From the NCBI GenBank assembly GCA_965601925.1, contig OZ271854.1, forward strand, positions 1,568,001-1,632,000: a stretch of DNA of 64,000 nucleotides, written 5' to 3'. The notes beneath the pieces were generated by a model. That model searched no databases, was not told the origin of the DNA, and worked only from the letters and a program-made list of their open reading frames with translations. Position 1 is the first letter of the stretch, and each line of letters begins with the position of its first letter. Origin of the DNA: Alkalispirochaeta sp. (lineage in GTDB: Bacteria; Spirochaetota; Spirochaetia; DSM-27196; Alkalispirochaetaceae). The translations under genes were made by a program, and so were the position numbers. Below are positions 40,550 through 53,311 of the stretch, in pieces.

Positions 40550-42226
40550 TCAGAAAAGCCCGGGGAGCGTTGCGATTGCGATTGCTCCTACCACACCCAC
40601 TCCCAAGGCGTACAGAGCCGCCGGTACCATGTTGGTACGGATGATCCTCCCCTCGCTTCCCAGGACGCCGACTACCGTACTCGCTGCTACGACGTTATGT
40701 ACACAGATCATGTTTCCCACCGCTCCGCCGATTACCTGGAGACCGACCACGACGGTTCTCGATATCTCGGCTGCGGCCGCGACCTCGTACTGAAACGCCG
40801 AAAAGAGAATGTTGGAGACGGTGTTGCTGCCGGTCATGAACGCCCCGAGGATGCCGACGAAGGGCGCTACCAGCGTCCATACCGAGCTGAAGGCGCCGGC
40901 GGCGGCGATCGAGAGCACGCGCAGCATGTCGGGGTGTCCCGACGCGTTGTTACCGGAAAAGCGCATGACGTTTACCATTCCCAGGGCGAAGATCAGCGCG
41001 ATCGATGCCGGTACGATCTGCTTGAGCGATCCGGTCCACGTCGCTTTGACCGCCTCACCGGACATCTTGTGCATCGGTATCGTCAACAACGCGACGAGGA
41101 TGAACGGAATCGTCCCGGGGAGATAGAGCAGCTGGAGCCGATACGCGAGATCCGTTCCCAGAATTCCGTCCCACGATATGGTCGCTCCGGGAGACGTTAT
41201 CAGTCCGCGAATGCCCAGTTGCGGAATGCGCGTCGCCACCAGGAGAAGGGCCACTAAGATGTATGGGAGCCACGCCGTGAATCCCGACATAGCGCTCTCT
41301 TCGTCCTTTTGGGAGCCGACATCTACCGTCCCGATCCACTCGGCGGCCCACGCGCTCCGTTCCGGAAACTCCCACGTCGTCTTCGGCACTAAAAAGCCGG
41401 AGCGCGCCGCCGGTACCACGATGGCGATGGCGATCAGTGCCCCCAACAACGACGGCAGTTCGGGTCCGATGAATACCGCTATCAATAGATACGGAATCGT
41501 GAAGGCGAGGCCGGCGAAGATTGCGAAGGGGGCCACCTCGAAGGCGCCCTTGAAGGACTTCTCCTTGCCGAACAAGCGGCTCATCACCATCACGATGATG
41601 AGCGGCAGGAAGGTTCCGACGATCGCGTGGGGAATTGCCGACCAGACGCCGACCTCTTGAATGAAACCCTCCCACGTCGATCCGGCCGCGGTTATGCTCC
41701 CGCGAACCGCCGTCGAGTCCAGAACGCGGGCAACGCCGCCGATGATCGGAGTTCCGACGGCCCCGAAGGAGACCGACGTACTATCTCCGATGAGCGCCAG
41801 AATGACTGCCGCCAGCGGCGGAAAACCGAGACTTACCAGAAGAGGGCCTGCCAGCGCCGCCGGTGTGCCGAATCCCGCCGCGCCCTCGATGAAGGAGACG
41901 AACAGAAAGGCGACGATGATCGCTTGGATTCGTGGGTCGGCGCTAATGCCGTGAAACGTACGATTGATCGCCGTAATGGCGCCGCTGTTTTTGAGCGTGT
42001 TCATAAGCAGGATAGCACCGAACACGATGATGAGAATGTTCACCGCGTTGAGTGCCCCGGCGACGGTCTCGCCGGCGAGCCAAAAAGCCGGCACGCGCCA
42101 CACGAATGCCGCCAGGACGAGGGCGATCGCCCACGCGATCGGCATTACGCGCTTTGCCGGCCAGTTGAAACTTACCATCATGATAATCGTGAAGAGAATC
42201 GGAAGCGAAGCCAACAGAACTAACAT
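40550..42226 (-). CDS. lctP: L-lactate permease
   Basis: [44 protein letters not shown]. Confidence 0.92.
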   Translation of the reverse strand: MLVLLASLPILFTIIMMVSFNWPAKRVMPIAWAIALVLAAFVWRVPAFWLAGETVAGALNAVNILIIVFGAILLMNTLKNSGAITAINRTFHGISADPRIQAIIVAFLFVSFIEGAAGFGTPAALAGPLLVSLGFPPLAAVILALIGDSTSVSFGAVGTPIIGGVARVLDSTAVRGSITAAGSTWEGFIQEVGVWSAIPHAIVGTFLPLIIVMVMSRLFGKEKSFKGAFEVAPFAIFAGLAFTIPYLLIAVFIGPELPSLLGALIAIAIVVPAARSGFLVPKTTWEFPERSAWAAEWIGTVDVGSQKDEESAMSGFTAWLPYILVALLLVATRIPQLGIRGLITSPGATISWDGILGTDLAYRLQLLYLPGTIPFILVALLTIPMHKMSGEAVKATWTGSLKQIVPASIALIFALGMVNVMRFSGNNASGHPDMLRVLSIAAAGAFSSVWTLVAPFVGILGAFMTGSNTVSNILFSAFQYEVAAAAEISRTVVVGLQVIGGAVGNMICVHNVVAASTVVGVLGSEGRIIRTNMVPAALYALGVGVVGAIAIATLPGLF

Positions 42227-42339
42227 CGTGCAACCTCCTCGGATAGGTGTTGAGCAGCTCACAAGTGTTCGCGTTTTGGTTCGTTAGAATGTGGAATAAC
42301 GTACGTCTTCTTTTCAGGTTAGATGCACTTCCGTCATAC

Positions 42340-42383
42340 GTCAACGATTTTGTTGACACTATTCATTGACGAGTGTCAATGAA
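42340..42383. promoter_or_regulatory. Palindromic operator(s) upstream of the lactate operon
   Basis: Perfect IR TTCATTGAC-GAGT-GTCAATGAA at 42362-42383, overlapping a minus-strand TTGACA; second IR GTCAAC-N6-GTTGAC at 42340-42357. Confidence 0.65.
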
Positions 42384-42531
42384 CAATGACGATTATCGAT
42401 CGGAGTCGGAATCGTGAAGGCATCGTCGTCTGTCGCCGGCCCAATGAGACGGCCGACGACGTATGCGGTCGCACGCCGTTGGTGTCCGAAAACGGCCAGA
42501 CGACACGCGATTCACGTGGTACCTTTGCGCC

Positions 42532-44043
42532 GTGATAGACCAGATACTTCGAAACGTACCGTCGCCGACGGTCGGATTGCAGCGACCATCGGACGCTCTC
42601 GATCCCGACGCCTGTTATAGGGCGGTGTTGTCGCGGGACGTGCGATTCGACGGGCGGTTTTATACCGCCGTGCGCACCACCGGCATCTACTGTCGCCCCG
42701 TCTGTCCCGCTCCGACGCCGAAGCGTGAGAACTGCATCTGGTATCCGAGTGCCGCCGCTGCGCAAGCCGCAGGCTTCAGGCCCTGTCTGCGGTGCCGACC
42801 CGAACTCGCTCCCGCCGGGGCGTGGAGCGACGAGGATCGACTCGTGCAGCGGGCCATGGCGCTCATCGTCGACGGGATCGCCGATGGGGACGACTTCAGT
42901 GTGCCGCGCCTTGCCGAACTGGTAGACGTAAACGAGCGTACGCTGCGGCGCCTTTTCGAACACCACGTGGGCGCGTCGCCCAAACAGGTTCTCGTCGCTC
43001 ACAGAACGCTCTTTGCCAAGGCCTTGGTCGTCGATTCGACGCTCTCTATGGCCGAGATCGCCTTTGCCTCGGGGCACGGAAGCGTTCGCCGGTTCAATGC
43101 GGCGTTTCGCGCCATGTTCGACCGCCCACCGAGTGAAATCAGACGCACCGTCGGACGCACACCGATACGGGTCGGCGGCGAGTCGCACGCGTTCACCGTG
43201 TTGCGCGTGCCGTATCGGCGCCCCTTTCGATGGGAGGACATGCTTTCGTTTTTCGCTTCCCGGGCAATTCCGGGAGTCGAGGAGGTCCGCGACGGTGTAT
43301 GGCGGCGCGCCGTACGCGTAGGCGACGCTCTCGGAGTCGTCGAAGTGCACGACGACCAAGCGATGTCCACGCTCGTAGCGCACGTCTCGCTCTCGGACGT
43401 GCGCCTCCTCGCGGCGGTGAGAAATCGCATCGGCCGGGTGTTCGATGTCGAGGCCGACCCGGAACGAATCGATCAGGTCCTCGCCGCCGATCCCTCTTTA
43501 GCGGATGACGTCGCCGCGCGACCGGGGGTGCGCATACCCGGATCGTGGGACAGCTTCGAGACGGTCGTACGCGCCGTAGTGGGTCAGCAGATAAGCGTCG
43601 CCGGCGCACGCACCCTTGTCGGCCGCATCGCCTCGACGTGGGGAACTCCGCTACCCGGTGTTGAAGGTGACGGTGTCCGCATCGTCTTTCCCGATCCGGC
43701 GACGCTCGAAGAGGCCGAGTTGGAGTCGGTGGGCATCATTCGCTCGCGTGCGCATACGATTCGTACCGTTGCGAAGATGCTTCGTGCCGACCCAGCTCTC
43801 TTATCGCCGCGGCGACCTACCGAGGAGGTCGTCGAGCGACTCCTCGAGGTTCGCGGTATCGGTCCGTGGACCGCCCAGTACATCGCTTTGCGAGGTTTAC
43901 AAGACCCCGACGCCTTTCCCGCCGGCGATCTGGGGCTTCGGCGCGCGCTCGATGTGGACGACCTGACCGCCGTTGCGGAACGGTGGCGGCCGTGGAGAGG
44001 ATACGCCGCGGTGCGGTTGTGGACCCGCGGAGTGACGAGTTGA
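42532..44043 (+). CDS. alkA: Ada-AlkA fusion (Ada Zn domain + AraC HTH + DNA-3-methyladenine glycosylase II); start uncertain
   Basis: TTGIYCRPVCP...GFRPCLRCRPE; HTH; AVVGQQISV; HhH GIGPWTA; DAFPAGDLG; WRPWRGYA. Confidence 0.92.
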   Translation: MIDQILRNVPSPTVGLQRPSDALDPDACYRAVLSRDVRFDGRFYTAVRTTGIYCRPVCPAPTPKRENCIWYPSAAAAQAAGFRPCLRCRPELAPAGAWSDEDRLVQRAMALIVDGIADGDDFSVPRLAELVDVNERTLRRLFEHHVGASPKQVLVAHRTLFAKALVVDSTLSMAEIAFASGHGSVRRFNAAFRAMFDRPPSEIRRTVGRTPIRVGGESHAFTVLRVPYRRPFRWEDMLSFFASRAIPGVEEVRDGVWRRAVRVGDALGVVEVHDDQAMSTLVAHVSLSDVRLLAAVRNRIGRVFDVEADPERIDQVLAADPSLADDVAARPGVRIPGSWDSFETVVRAVVGQQISVAGARTLVGRIASTWGTPLPGVEGDGVRIVFPDPATLEEAELESVGIIRSRAHTIRTVAKMLRADPALLSPRRPTEEVVERLLEVRGIGPWTAQYIALRGLQDPDAFPAGDLGLRRALDVDDLTAVAERWRPWRGYAAVRLWTRGVTS

Positions 44044-44071
44044 CCACTACGATCGTAAGGAGAATACCGCG

Positions 44072-44632
44072 ATGACGAACCCGACCATACGATATGACGG
44101 CGGATCTCTGGCCGCCTCTACGATGACCACACCGGTGGGCAACATTGTGGCGGTGGTGGATTGCGATATGAACCGCGCACTGGTACGCCTCGATTTCGCG
44201 CATCCCGACGATGTCATCGGCGTCGACAGATGGAAAGGACTCCCCGTCAGGTGGGACGCCGCCGCGGCTGCACATGTCATGACGCAGGTTGAGGAGTACT
44301 TTGCCGGCACGCGACCCGTGTTCGATCTCGTTTTGGCGCAACCCTACGGAGGCGCATTTGATCGGGAGGTGTGGCGGGAGCTCCCGAAGTTGGCGCCCTT
44401 CGGTGCGACGGTAACCTACGGTGAGATCGCGAAGCTTCTCGGTCGACCGGGTGCGGCGCGCGCCGTCGGTCGTGCTAATGCCACCAACCCCATAAGCCTC
44501 GTCGTCCCGTGCCATCGCGTCGTGGGAGCCGGTGGACGCCTGGTCGGATACGGCGGGGGCGAAGGCGTAGCGACGAAACGAGCACTTTTGAACCACGAGG
44601 CGTTACACACCGACGAGTTGTTCCAGTCTTGA
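44072..44632 (+). CDS. ogt: Methylated-DNA-protein-cysteine methyltransferase
   Basis: TYGEIA, AARAVGRA, PCHRV active site. Confidence 0.93.
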   Translation: MTNPTIRYDGGSLAASTMTTPVGNIVAVVDCDMNRALVRLDFAHPDDVIGVDRWKGLPVRWDAAAAAHVMTQVEEYFAGTRPVFDLVLAQPYGGAFDREVWRELPKLAPFGATVTYGEIAKLLGRPGAARAVGRANATNPISLVVPCHRVVGAGGRLVGYGGGEGVATKRALLNHEALHTDELFQS

Positions 44633-44807
44633 GGCGGGACCGGGGACGAGTGCGCGTGGACCGTCGTATACCGGAATCGTGGGATGAAGCACGGAGGGTT
44701 ACGATAGCTCTCCGGACGTCGCCCCGTACGCGAGAATCGCGCGCCGGGGCGCTCGGTCGACTCCGGAACTGTGACTTCCAGTAGTCCGGCTTCGATCCCC
44801 GTCCACG

Positions 44808-47045
44808 CTATGTATTAAGATCTCGCAACAAAGCGTCGGTTTCGTCCGGGTTCAGGCCGCCGAACATAACGATCACTTTCAGTGTGAAGCTCTCGGTCAT
44901 CTCGCGCACGCTTTCGGGATAGGCGGCGTCCGGGGATGTGAACAACGCTGTCATCTTCTCCACCAACGGCGCGAGACGGTCGACGGCGACGGGGTGCTTG
45001 AGGATATCGCTCAACGGCGTATTGATGGTGTACTCGATCTTGACCGGCACGGTCGATGCGACGTGAACCGACGTCCTAAGCGGGAGTGTTCGAGAACTGG
45101 AACCGACGAGTATCTCGAAGTCCCCCGTCTCTACGTGCCAATCGCGGATGTCGACGTTGTAATAGGCGAAGGCGCGCTTATTCAGCGTGAAACGAATCTC
45201 CGTCCGCTCTCCCGGCGCGAGATCGACCTTCTCGAACCCTTTGAGCTCCTTCTCCGGCCGATTGACCGTGGACTCGATGTCTCTGATGTATAGTTGTACG
45301 ACCTCTTTTCCGGCACGCGCGCCGGTGTTTGCCACCGTAACGAACACGGATAGTTCCTCCTCGTCGGTGATGCGTTCTTTGTCCACTCGGATGGTCTCGT
45401 AGGCGAAGGTCGTGTAGCTCAGGCCGTGGCCGAACGGAAAGAGGGGCGTGCATTTTTTGGCGTCGTAGTAACGGTAGCCTACGAATACACCCTCGCGGTA
45501 GGTTACCGTGTTTCCCTCGGAACCGAAGAGCGAAGCCGGAGTATCTTCGAGCCTCTTGGGAAAGGTCTCCGCGAGCTTGCCCGACGGGTTGGTGCGTCCG
45601 TAGAGGACGTCGGCGATCGCGCCGCCGCCGGCCTGCCCGCCGAGATACCCCTCCACCACCGCTTCTACGCGAGCGACCCACGGCATCTCCACCGCGCTGC
45701 CGTTGGAGAGTACGACGACCACCGGCGTGTCGGTCGCCGCGAGCGCCTCGATGAGCCGGTTCTGATTGGCCGGTAGGCGCAGGTGCTTTCTGTCGTACCC
45801 TTCCGACTCGTAACTCGCCGGGAGGCCGGCGCATACGACGACGACATCGCTCCGTTTCGCCGCGGTAATCGCCTCGCGCTCCAGGGACTCGTCCGGTAGC
45901 TCCGAGGCGAGATCGTATCCTCGGGCGTACGTTACCGCGCCGTGAGGGCGCATCTCTTCCCATGTGTTGTGAAGGTAGGTCGGGTTGATGTGGGAGCTCC
46001 CGCCACCCTGATAGCGCGGAGCCTTCGCAAGCTCACCAACGACTGCGACGGCTTGGTGCGACGCGAGCGGCAGTACCTCTTCGTCGTTTTTGAGCAGTAT
46101 CGTGCATTCCCCGGCGACCTCGCGGGCGAGGCGATCGTGCTCCTCGAGGTCGTAGCGTGTGATGTCCGGGCGTTGTTCGGCTTTTTTCAGAAAGACGAGT
46201 ATACGTCGCACCGCGGTGTCCAGCGCTGCCTCATCGAGTTCTCCTCGTCTCACCGCCTCCACGATCTTGGCGTCGTTCCTGCCGTTGGTGCCCGGCATCT
46301 CAAGATCCAGCCCGGCCTTGATTCCCTCTACACGGTCGTTCTCCGCACCCCAGTCGGAAACCACAAAGCCCCCATACTTCCACTCCTCGCGGAGGATCCG
46401 CGTCAGGAGATAGACATTGTCGGAGCAGTAGGTGCCGTCCAGCTTGTTGTACGCGCTCATGATCGACCACGGTGCCGCCTTGCGCACCGCCCCTTCGAAA
46501 CTGGCGAGGTATATCTCTCGAAGTGTTCGCTCGTCGACGAGCGTATCGATGCACACTCGGCGGTACTCCTGATTGTTGGCAACAAAGTGCTTCACGGAGG
46601 TACCGACACCCCGGCTTTGTACACCGTCGATATAGCTCGCGGCCATCTCGGTGGAGAGAAACGGATCCTCGGAGTAATACTCGAAGTTTCGCCCGCACAA
46701 CGGAGTTCTCTTGATATTTACCCCGGGACCGAGAAGTATCGCGACGTTCTCGGTCGCCGCCTCCTCGCCCAGAGCAACACCGACCCTCCGCATGAGCGCT
46801 CTGTCCCACGACGATGCCAGCGCCGAACCCGATGGGAAGCACGTCGCCGGAATCGATTCCAGGAGGCCGACGTGATCCGATGAGGCCTTTTGCTTGCGCA
46901 GGCCGTGAGGGCCGTCGGTCACCATTACCGACGGTACGCCGAGGCGCTCGATCGGTTTGGTCGTCCACATGTCGCGTCCCGAGCAGAGAGACGCCTTCTC
47001 CTCCAGCGTAAGCTTGGAAACAATCGTATCGATATCGTGGTTCAT
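44808..47045 (-). CDS. GH3 beta-glucosidase (no signal peptide)
   Basis: TDGPHGLR, GRNFEYYSEDP, KHF, VSDW nucleophile, PLFPFGHGLSYTTF, Fn3-like C-terminus. Confidence 0.93.
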   Translation of the reverse strand: MNHDIDTIVSKLTLEEKASLCSGRDMWTTKPIERLGVPSVMVTDGPHGLRKQKASSDHVGLLESIPATCFPSGSALASSWDRALMRRVGVALGEEAATENVAILLGPGVNIKRTPLCGRNFEYYSEDPFLSTEMAASYIDGVQSRGVGTSVKHFVANNQEYRRVCIDTLVDERTLREIYLASFEGAVRKAAPWSIMSAYNKLDGTYCSDNVYLLTRILREEWKYGGFVVSDWGAENDRVEGIKAGLDLEMPGTNGRNDAKIVEAVRRGELDEAALDTAVRRILVFLKKAEQRPDITRYDLEEHDRLAREVAGECTILLKNDEEVLPLASHQAVAVVGELAKAPRYQGGGSSHINPTYLHNTWEEMRPHGAVTYARGYDLASELPDESLEREAITAAKRSDVVVVCAGLPASYESEGYDRKHLRLPANQNRLIEALAATDTPVVVVLSNGSAVEMPWVARVEAVVEGYLGGQAGGGAIADVLYGRTNPSGKLAETFPKRLEDTPASLFGSEGNTVTYREGVFVGYRYYDAKKCTPLFPFGHGLSYTTFAYETIRVDKERITDEEELSVFVTVANTGARAGKEVVQLYIRDIESTVNRPEKELKGFEKVDLAPGERTEIRFTLNKRAFAYYNVDIRDWHVETGDFEILVGSSSRTLPLRTSVHVASTVPVKIEYTINTPLSDILKHPVAVDRLAPLVEKMTALFTSPDAAYPESVREMTESFTLKVIVMFGGLNPDETDALLRDLNT

Positions 47046-47266
47046 TGTGTGCTCCTGTTCTATCTTGTCGATCATGCGTTAGACGTCCGAAAACAGCGCT
47101 CCATGATCCCCTCCTGCTATGCATCGACTCGCCGTACCGGTCTGCGGGATTGTCGGGTATACTTTCGGCAACGATGCATCGTGACGGCTCTTATGGTACG
47201 CGCGTCCTCAGGTCGCGCTATCACGATCGTTACCGCTTTTGGTCTCCTTTTTACCGGTGGTGACGT

Positions 47267-48109
47267 ATGTACATGGGAAGCGTTTCGTTTGAGGATATCG
47301 GCGGCTCTCAGGATATGCGGGATATCCTCCGAAAAGGCCTGTCTCGCGATGAGGTGCGCGCCGGTGAGGCGTCGCACTATCCGTACGAGCTCGAAAAGAG
47401 GCTGTACGCCGCGATGCTCGAAGGCGATCTGGACGGCATTCGGGCGGTAAGCAAAGAGTACGGACGCTTTCCGACATCGGTTCTCTGTGAAGGCAACCCC
47501 ATTCGCTCGTTGAAAAACATGATGATTTGCAACTGCGCACTCATCACCAGGATCATGATTCAAGCGGGTCTACACCACACCCATGCGTATTTCTTGAGCG
47601 ATTCCTATATCAATAAAATAGAATCTCTCCACGATAGAGATTCATTGATTTATCTTAATAGTGTCATGATCTTAGATTTCATGGCGGTTATCAAGCACAA
47701 CGTCGTCTCGCATCGTACCGCCGCCTCTCCCCTCGTTCGTAACGCGGTAAGCTACATCGAGGAGCACGTGTACGAGACGATATCTCTGGAATGCGCCGCC
47801 GTCGCGTTACACGCAAACAGCAGCTATCTTTCGCGAGTATTCAAACGCGAGATGAGCGTCTCCTTCACCGAGTATGCTCACAGAAGCCGCATCAAAAAGG
47901 CGGAGCAGTTGTTGCTTTTGACCGACGTACCGATCGCCTCGATTGCAATCGACCTGGGATACTCGTCGCAAAGCCATTTCACCAAGACGTTTAAGCGCAT
48001 TTGCGGCACGACGCCCCATCGATATCGGCTCGACCGCGCCGCCGGTCAGTTGCCGGTGACCGACCGCGCGTCACGGTCCCAATCGCCTCGTCGACTATCG
48101 AACGCGTAG
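47267..48109 (+). CDS. AraC family transcriptional regulator divergent from the GH3 gene
   Basis: C-terminal SYLSRVFKRE...LGYSSQSHFTKTFKRICGTTP. Confidence 0.9.
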   Translation: MYMGSVSFEDIGGSQDMRDILRKGLSRDEVRAGEASHYPYELEKRLYAAMLEGDLDGIRAVSKEYGRFPTSVLCEGNPIRSLKNMMICNCALITRIMIQAGLHHTHAYFLSDSYINKIESLHDRDSLIYLNSVMILDFMAVIKHNVVSHRTAASPLVRNAVSYIEEHVYETISLECAAVALHANSSYLSRVFKREMSVSFTEYAHRSRIKKAEQLLLLTDVPIASIAIDLGYSSQSHFTKTFKRICGTTPHRYRLDRAAGQLPVTDRASRSQSPRRLSNA

Positions 48110-48120
48110 GGAAAAGCCAG

Positions 48121-50094
<1,974 letters not shown>

Positions 50095-50171
50095 CGAGTG
50101 GGCGCGGCTCGATATGCACGCGGCCGGACGAGGCCGCCCAGCCGGATTTCGCAAAAGACAGGAGTTGAAGA

Positions 50172-52667
50172 GTGTCCGATCAGCCAACAACGGGACGGGT
50201 GATTCCCGTTGCCATAGAAGACGAGGTCAAGGAGAGCTACCTCAACTACGCGATGTCGGTCATCGTGAGCCGCGCGCTCCCCGACGCGCGCGACGGCCTC
50301 AAGCCGGTACATCGTCGCATTCTCTACGGCATGAGTGTCATGGGATTGCGCTCCGATCGTCCCTACAAGAAGGCGGGGCGCGTCGTCGGTGACGTACTCG
50401 GTAAGTACCACCCCCACGGCGACCAAAGTATTTACGACGCATTGGTACGCCTCGCGCAAGATTTCTCCATGCGGTATCCCGCCGTCGACGGGCAGGGTAA
50501 CTTCGGCTCGGTAGACGGCGACCCGCCGGCGGCGATGCGCTACACCGAGGCGCGTATGCACAAGATCGCCGAGGAGATGCTCCGGGATATCAATAAGGAG
50601 ACGGTCGATTTCGGCCCCAATTACGACGACTCCGACGAGGAGCCGCTCGTTCTACCCGCCGCATTTCCGTATCTGCTCGCAAACGGGGCGTCGGGAATCG
50701 CCGTCGGTATGGCGACCAATATCCCGCCGCATAACCTTCGGGAGATCGCCGACGCGGTGGCCGCCACCCTCGACAACGACGACATAACGAATGATGAATT
50801 AATCAAATATATCAAAGGTCCCGATTTTCCAACCGGGGGCATCATTTACGGCCATCGCGGTATTCGCAGCGCGTATCTCACGGGACGCGGGCGCATCGTC
50901 GTTCGGTCGCGCTTTGTCATCGAAGAGAGTAAGCGCGGCCGCGATGTGATCGTGGTCAACGAGATTCCCTACATGGTGAATAAGGCGACGCTCATTACGC
51001 GCATCGCCGATCTCGTACGGGATCGCAAGATCGACGGCATCGCCGATCTCCGCGACGAGTCGGACCGCAACGGCATGCGGATCATTATCGAGCTCAAGAA
51101 GGACACCAACGTCAAGGTGATCCTTAACCAGCTGTTCACCCATACTCAGATGCAGGTCAACTTCAACGTTAACGCGTTGGCGTTGCTCGACGGACGCCCC
51201 AAGGTGCTCACCGTCGGTGACATGGTCAAATCGTTCATCCGCCATCGCCACGAAGTGGTCGTCCGTCGGACGCAGTTCGACCTGCGCAAGGCCGAGGAGC
51301 GCGAACACATCCTGATCGGCCTCAAGATCGCTCTGGACAACATCGATGAGGTGATTCGTATCATTCGCGAGTCCGCCGATGTCGAGTCGGCCCGGAACGC
51401 ACTCATGGCGACCTTCGAACTCTCCGAGCGGCAGGCTCAGGCGATTCTCGACATGCGACTGCAGAAGCTTACCAGCCTTGAGACCAAGAAGATCATCGAA
51501 GAGTTGGAAGAGGTCCGCGCTCTTATCCGCGAACTTCGCGAACTTCTCGGCAGCGAGCAGAAGCTGCGCGATCTTATTAAGCGCGAAACGTATGAGATCG
51601 CCGAGAAGCACGGCGACGAGCGTCGCACCGCAATCGAGCCCGATGAGATCGAGGCGATCGATATCGAGGATCTGATTCAGAAAGAGGACATGGTCGTACT
51701 CATGAGCAACCGCGGCTATATCAAGCGTCTGCCGTTCTCCTCGTATCGTACTCAGGGGCGCGGAGGCCGCGGGCTCAACTCATCGAGTAACCTGAGAGAT
51801 GACGACTTTATCGAGCACGTTTTCATCGGTTCTACCCACGACCACGTACTCTTTTTCACCAGCGCCGGCAAGGTGTACTATCTCAAGGTCCACGAGATAC
51901 CCGAAGCGTCGCGACAAGCCAAAGGAACGCACATCAAGAGTCTCCTGGAGATCGCCGCCGACGAGGATATCGCCTCAGTTCTGCCGCTCAGGGATTTCGA
52001 CCCCGAGGTAAATATCTTCTTTGCCACCTCAAAGGGACAGGTCGTCAAGATCAAGTCCAATGCGTTTGTCAACGCGCGACGCCGGGGAATTCGGGCGGTA
52101 CAGCTCGTCGAGGGCGATCGTCTCGTCACGGTGTTGATCACCAGTGGGCAGGACAATTTGCTACTGGTGAGTCGTCACGGACAGGGATTGCGATTCTCCG
52201 AGGACGAGGTGCGTACCATGGGTCGCAATACGCGCGGCGTCCGTGGTCTCAACCTTCGTCGGGGAGATGAGATTGCCGGGGTGTGTATCGCGCCAGACGG
52301 CGGTCATGTGCTGCTCATCACGGAGCACGGCTCCGGCAAACGGACGCCCTTCTCGGAGTTCACGCTTCACGGCCGTGGCGGTCAGGGGATGCGCGCGTTC
52401 TCCGTTCTGGAGGCGACCGATGAGAGCACCGGCACCGGCGAGGTCGTTGCGGTACTACCGGTGGCCGACGGTGACGATTTCATCGCCGTGTCGGGCCAGG
52501 GCGTGACGATTCGTCTCCGCGCCGAGGATGTATCCATCCAAGGGCGCGCCGCTCGAGGCGTTAACGTTATGAATGTCGTCCCGCCGGACTACGTCGTGGG
52601 TGTTGCGAAACTCGACCTCGACGACGAGGCGGAAGAGGAGAACGGTGCATCGGACGGGCCCTCGTAG
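50172..52667 (+). CDS. gyrA: DNA gyrase subunit A
   Basis: [22 protein letters not shown], GyrA-box QGRGGRG. Confidence 0.98.
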   Translation: MSDQPTTGRVIPVAIEDEVKESYLNYAMSVIVSRALPDARDGLKPVHRRILYGMSVMGLRSDRPYKKAGRVVGDVLGKYHPHGDQSIYDALVRLAQDFSMRYPAVDGQGNFGSVDGDPPAAMRYTEARMHKIAEEMLRDINKETVDFGPNYDDSDEEPLVLPAAFPYLLANGASGIAVGMATNIPPHNLREIADAVAATLDNDDITNDELIKYIKGPDFPTGGIIYGHRGIRSAYLTGRGRIVVRSRFVIEESKRGRDVIVVNEIPYMVNKATLITRIADLVRDRKIDGIADLRDESDRNGMRIIIELKKDTNVKVILNQLFTHTQMQVNFNVNALALLDGRPKVLTVGDMVKSFIRHRHEVVVRRTQFDLRKAEEREHILIGLKIALDNIDEVIRIIRESADVESARNALMATFELSERQAQAILDMRLQKLTSLETKKIIEELEEVRALIRELRELLGSEQKLRDLIKRETYEIAEKHGDERRTAIEPDEIEAIDIEDLIQKEDMVVLMSNRGYIKRLPFSSYRTQGRGGRGLNSSSNLRDDDFIEHVFIGSTHDHVLFFTSAGKVYYLKVHEIPEASRQAKGTHIKSLLEIAADEDIASVLPLRDFDPEVNIFFATSKGQVVKIKSNAFVNARRRGIRAVQLVEGDRLVTVLITSGQDNLLLVSRHGQGLRFSEDEVRTMGRNTRGVRGLNLRRGDEIAGVCIAPDGGHVLLITEHGSGKRTPFSEFTLHGRGGQGMRAFSVLEATDESTGTGEVVAVLPVADGDDFIAVSGQGVTIRLRAEDVSIQGRAARGVNVMNVVPPDYVVGVAKLDLDDEAEEENGASDGPS

Positions 52668-52675
52668 CCCCACCG

Positions 52676-53272
52676 ATGCGCGTTCCACGAGGAACATCCC
52701 GGTACGAATATACCGTCAAACGCTCACGCTTCATTGGGCAAGCGTGGGCGGTAACTGATCGCCGCTCTGTCGAGCGGATCGTTGCCGCTCTTCGAAGCGA
52801 GCGTCTCGACGCCACCCACGTCGTATACGCGTTTGTCATCGGTGACACGCGCTCGCAGATTTCTGGTCTGTCCGACGACGGTGAGCCCCATGGAACCGCC
52901 GGACGTCCCATTCTCGACATCCTCAAAGGTAGCGGCATTATCGATTGCCTCGTCACGGTGGTGCGGTACTTTGGAGGTACAAAGTTGGGCACCGGCGGGC
53001 TCGTTCACGCATATGGAGATGCGGCTCGAGGGTGTCTTGCGTTATTGGCGATCCGGGCGAAACGCGACCTCCGAGCCGGCTTCGTTACGTGTTCGTATCC
53101 ACTACTCACCGTCGTACGGACGATTCTCGGGGATTTTCACGCAGAAGTAACGGCAGAGACCTTCAATGAAGCGGTTACGATAGGTTTTCTTCTTGAGCGA
53201 GGACATGAAGAGCGGTTGAGCGCGGCGCTAAAGAATGTTTCACGTGGAACACTTTCGCCGTGTTTCACGTGA
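52676..53272 (+). CDS. yigZ: YigZ/IMPACT family protein
   Basis: KRSRFI, ATH, SDDGEPHGTAGRPIL, VVRYFGGTKLGTGGLVHAY. Confidence 0.92.
   Translation: MRVPRGTSRYEYTVKRSRFIGQAWAVTDRRSVERIVAALRSERLDATHVVYAFVIGDTRSQISGLSDDGEPHGTAGRPILDILKGSGIIDCLVTVVRYFGGTKLGTGGLVHAYGDAARGCLALLAIRAKRDLRAGFVTCSYPLLTVVRTILGDFHAEVTAETFNEAVTIGFLLERGHEERLSAALKNVSRGTLSPCFT
52681..52696. promoter_or_regulatory. parS: Degenerate parS site
   Basis: CGTTCCACGAGGAACA, two mismatches to the TGTTYCACGTGRAACA consensus. Confidence 0.55.
53236..53251. promoter_or_regulatory. parS: parS centromere site
   Basis: TGTTTCACGTGGAACA. Confidence 0.92.
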
Positions 53273-53276
53273 AACA
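53261..53276. promoter_or_regulatory. parS: parS centromere site (perfect palindrome)
   Basis: TGTTTCACGTGAAACA; contains the yigZ TGA stop. Confidence 0.95.
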
Positions 53277-53311
53277 TTCGACCGCCGCGGTGAGCGCGTC
53301 GCCGGTGCGTA

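Noticed and set aside
50172..52667. Possible parC/parE instead of gyrase
   Set aside because: The GyrA-box QGRGGRG is intact and the gyrB-gyrA pair is origin-proximal.
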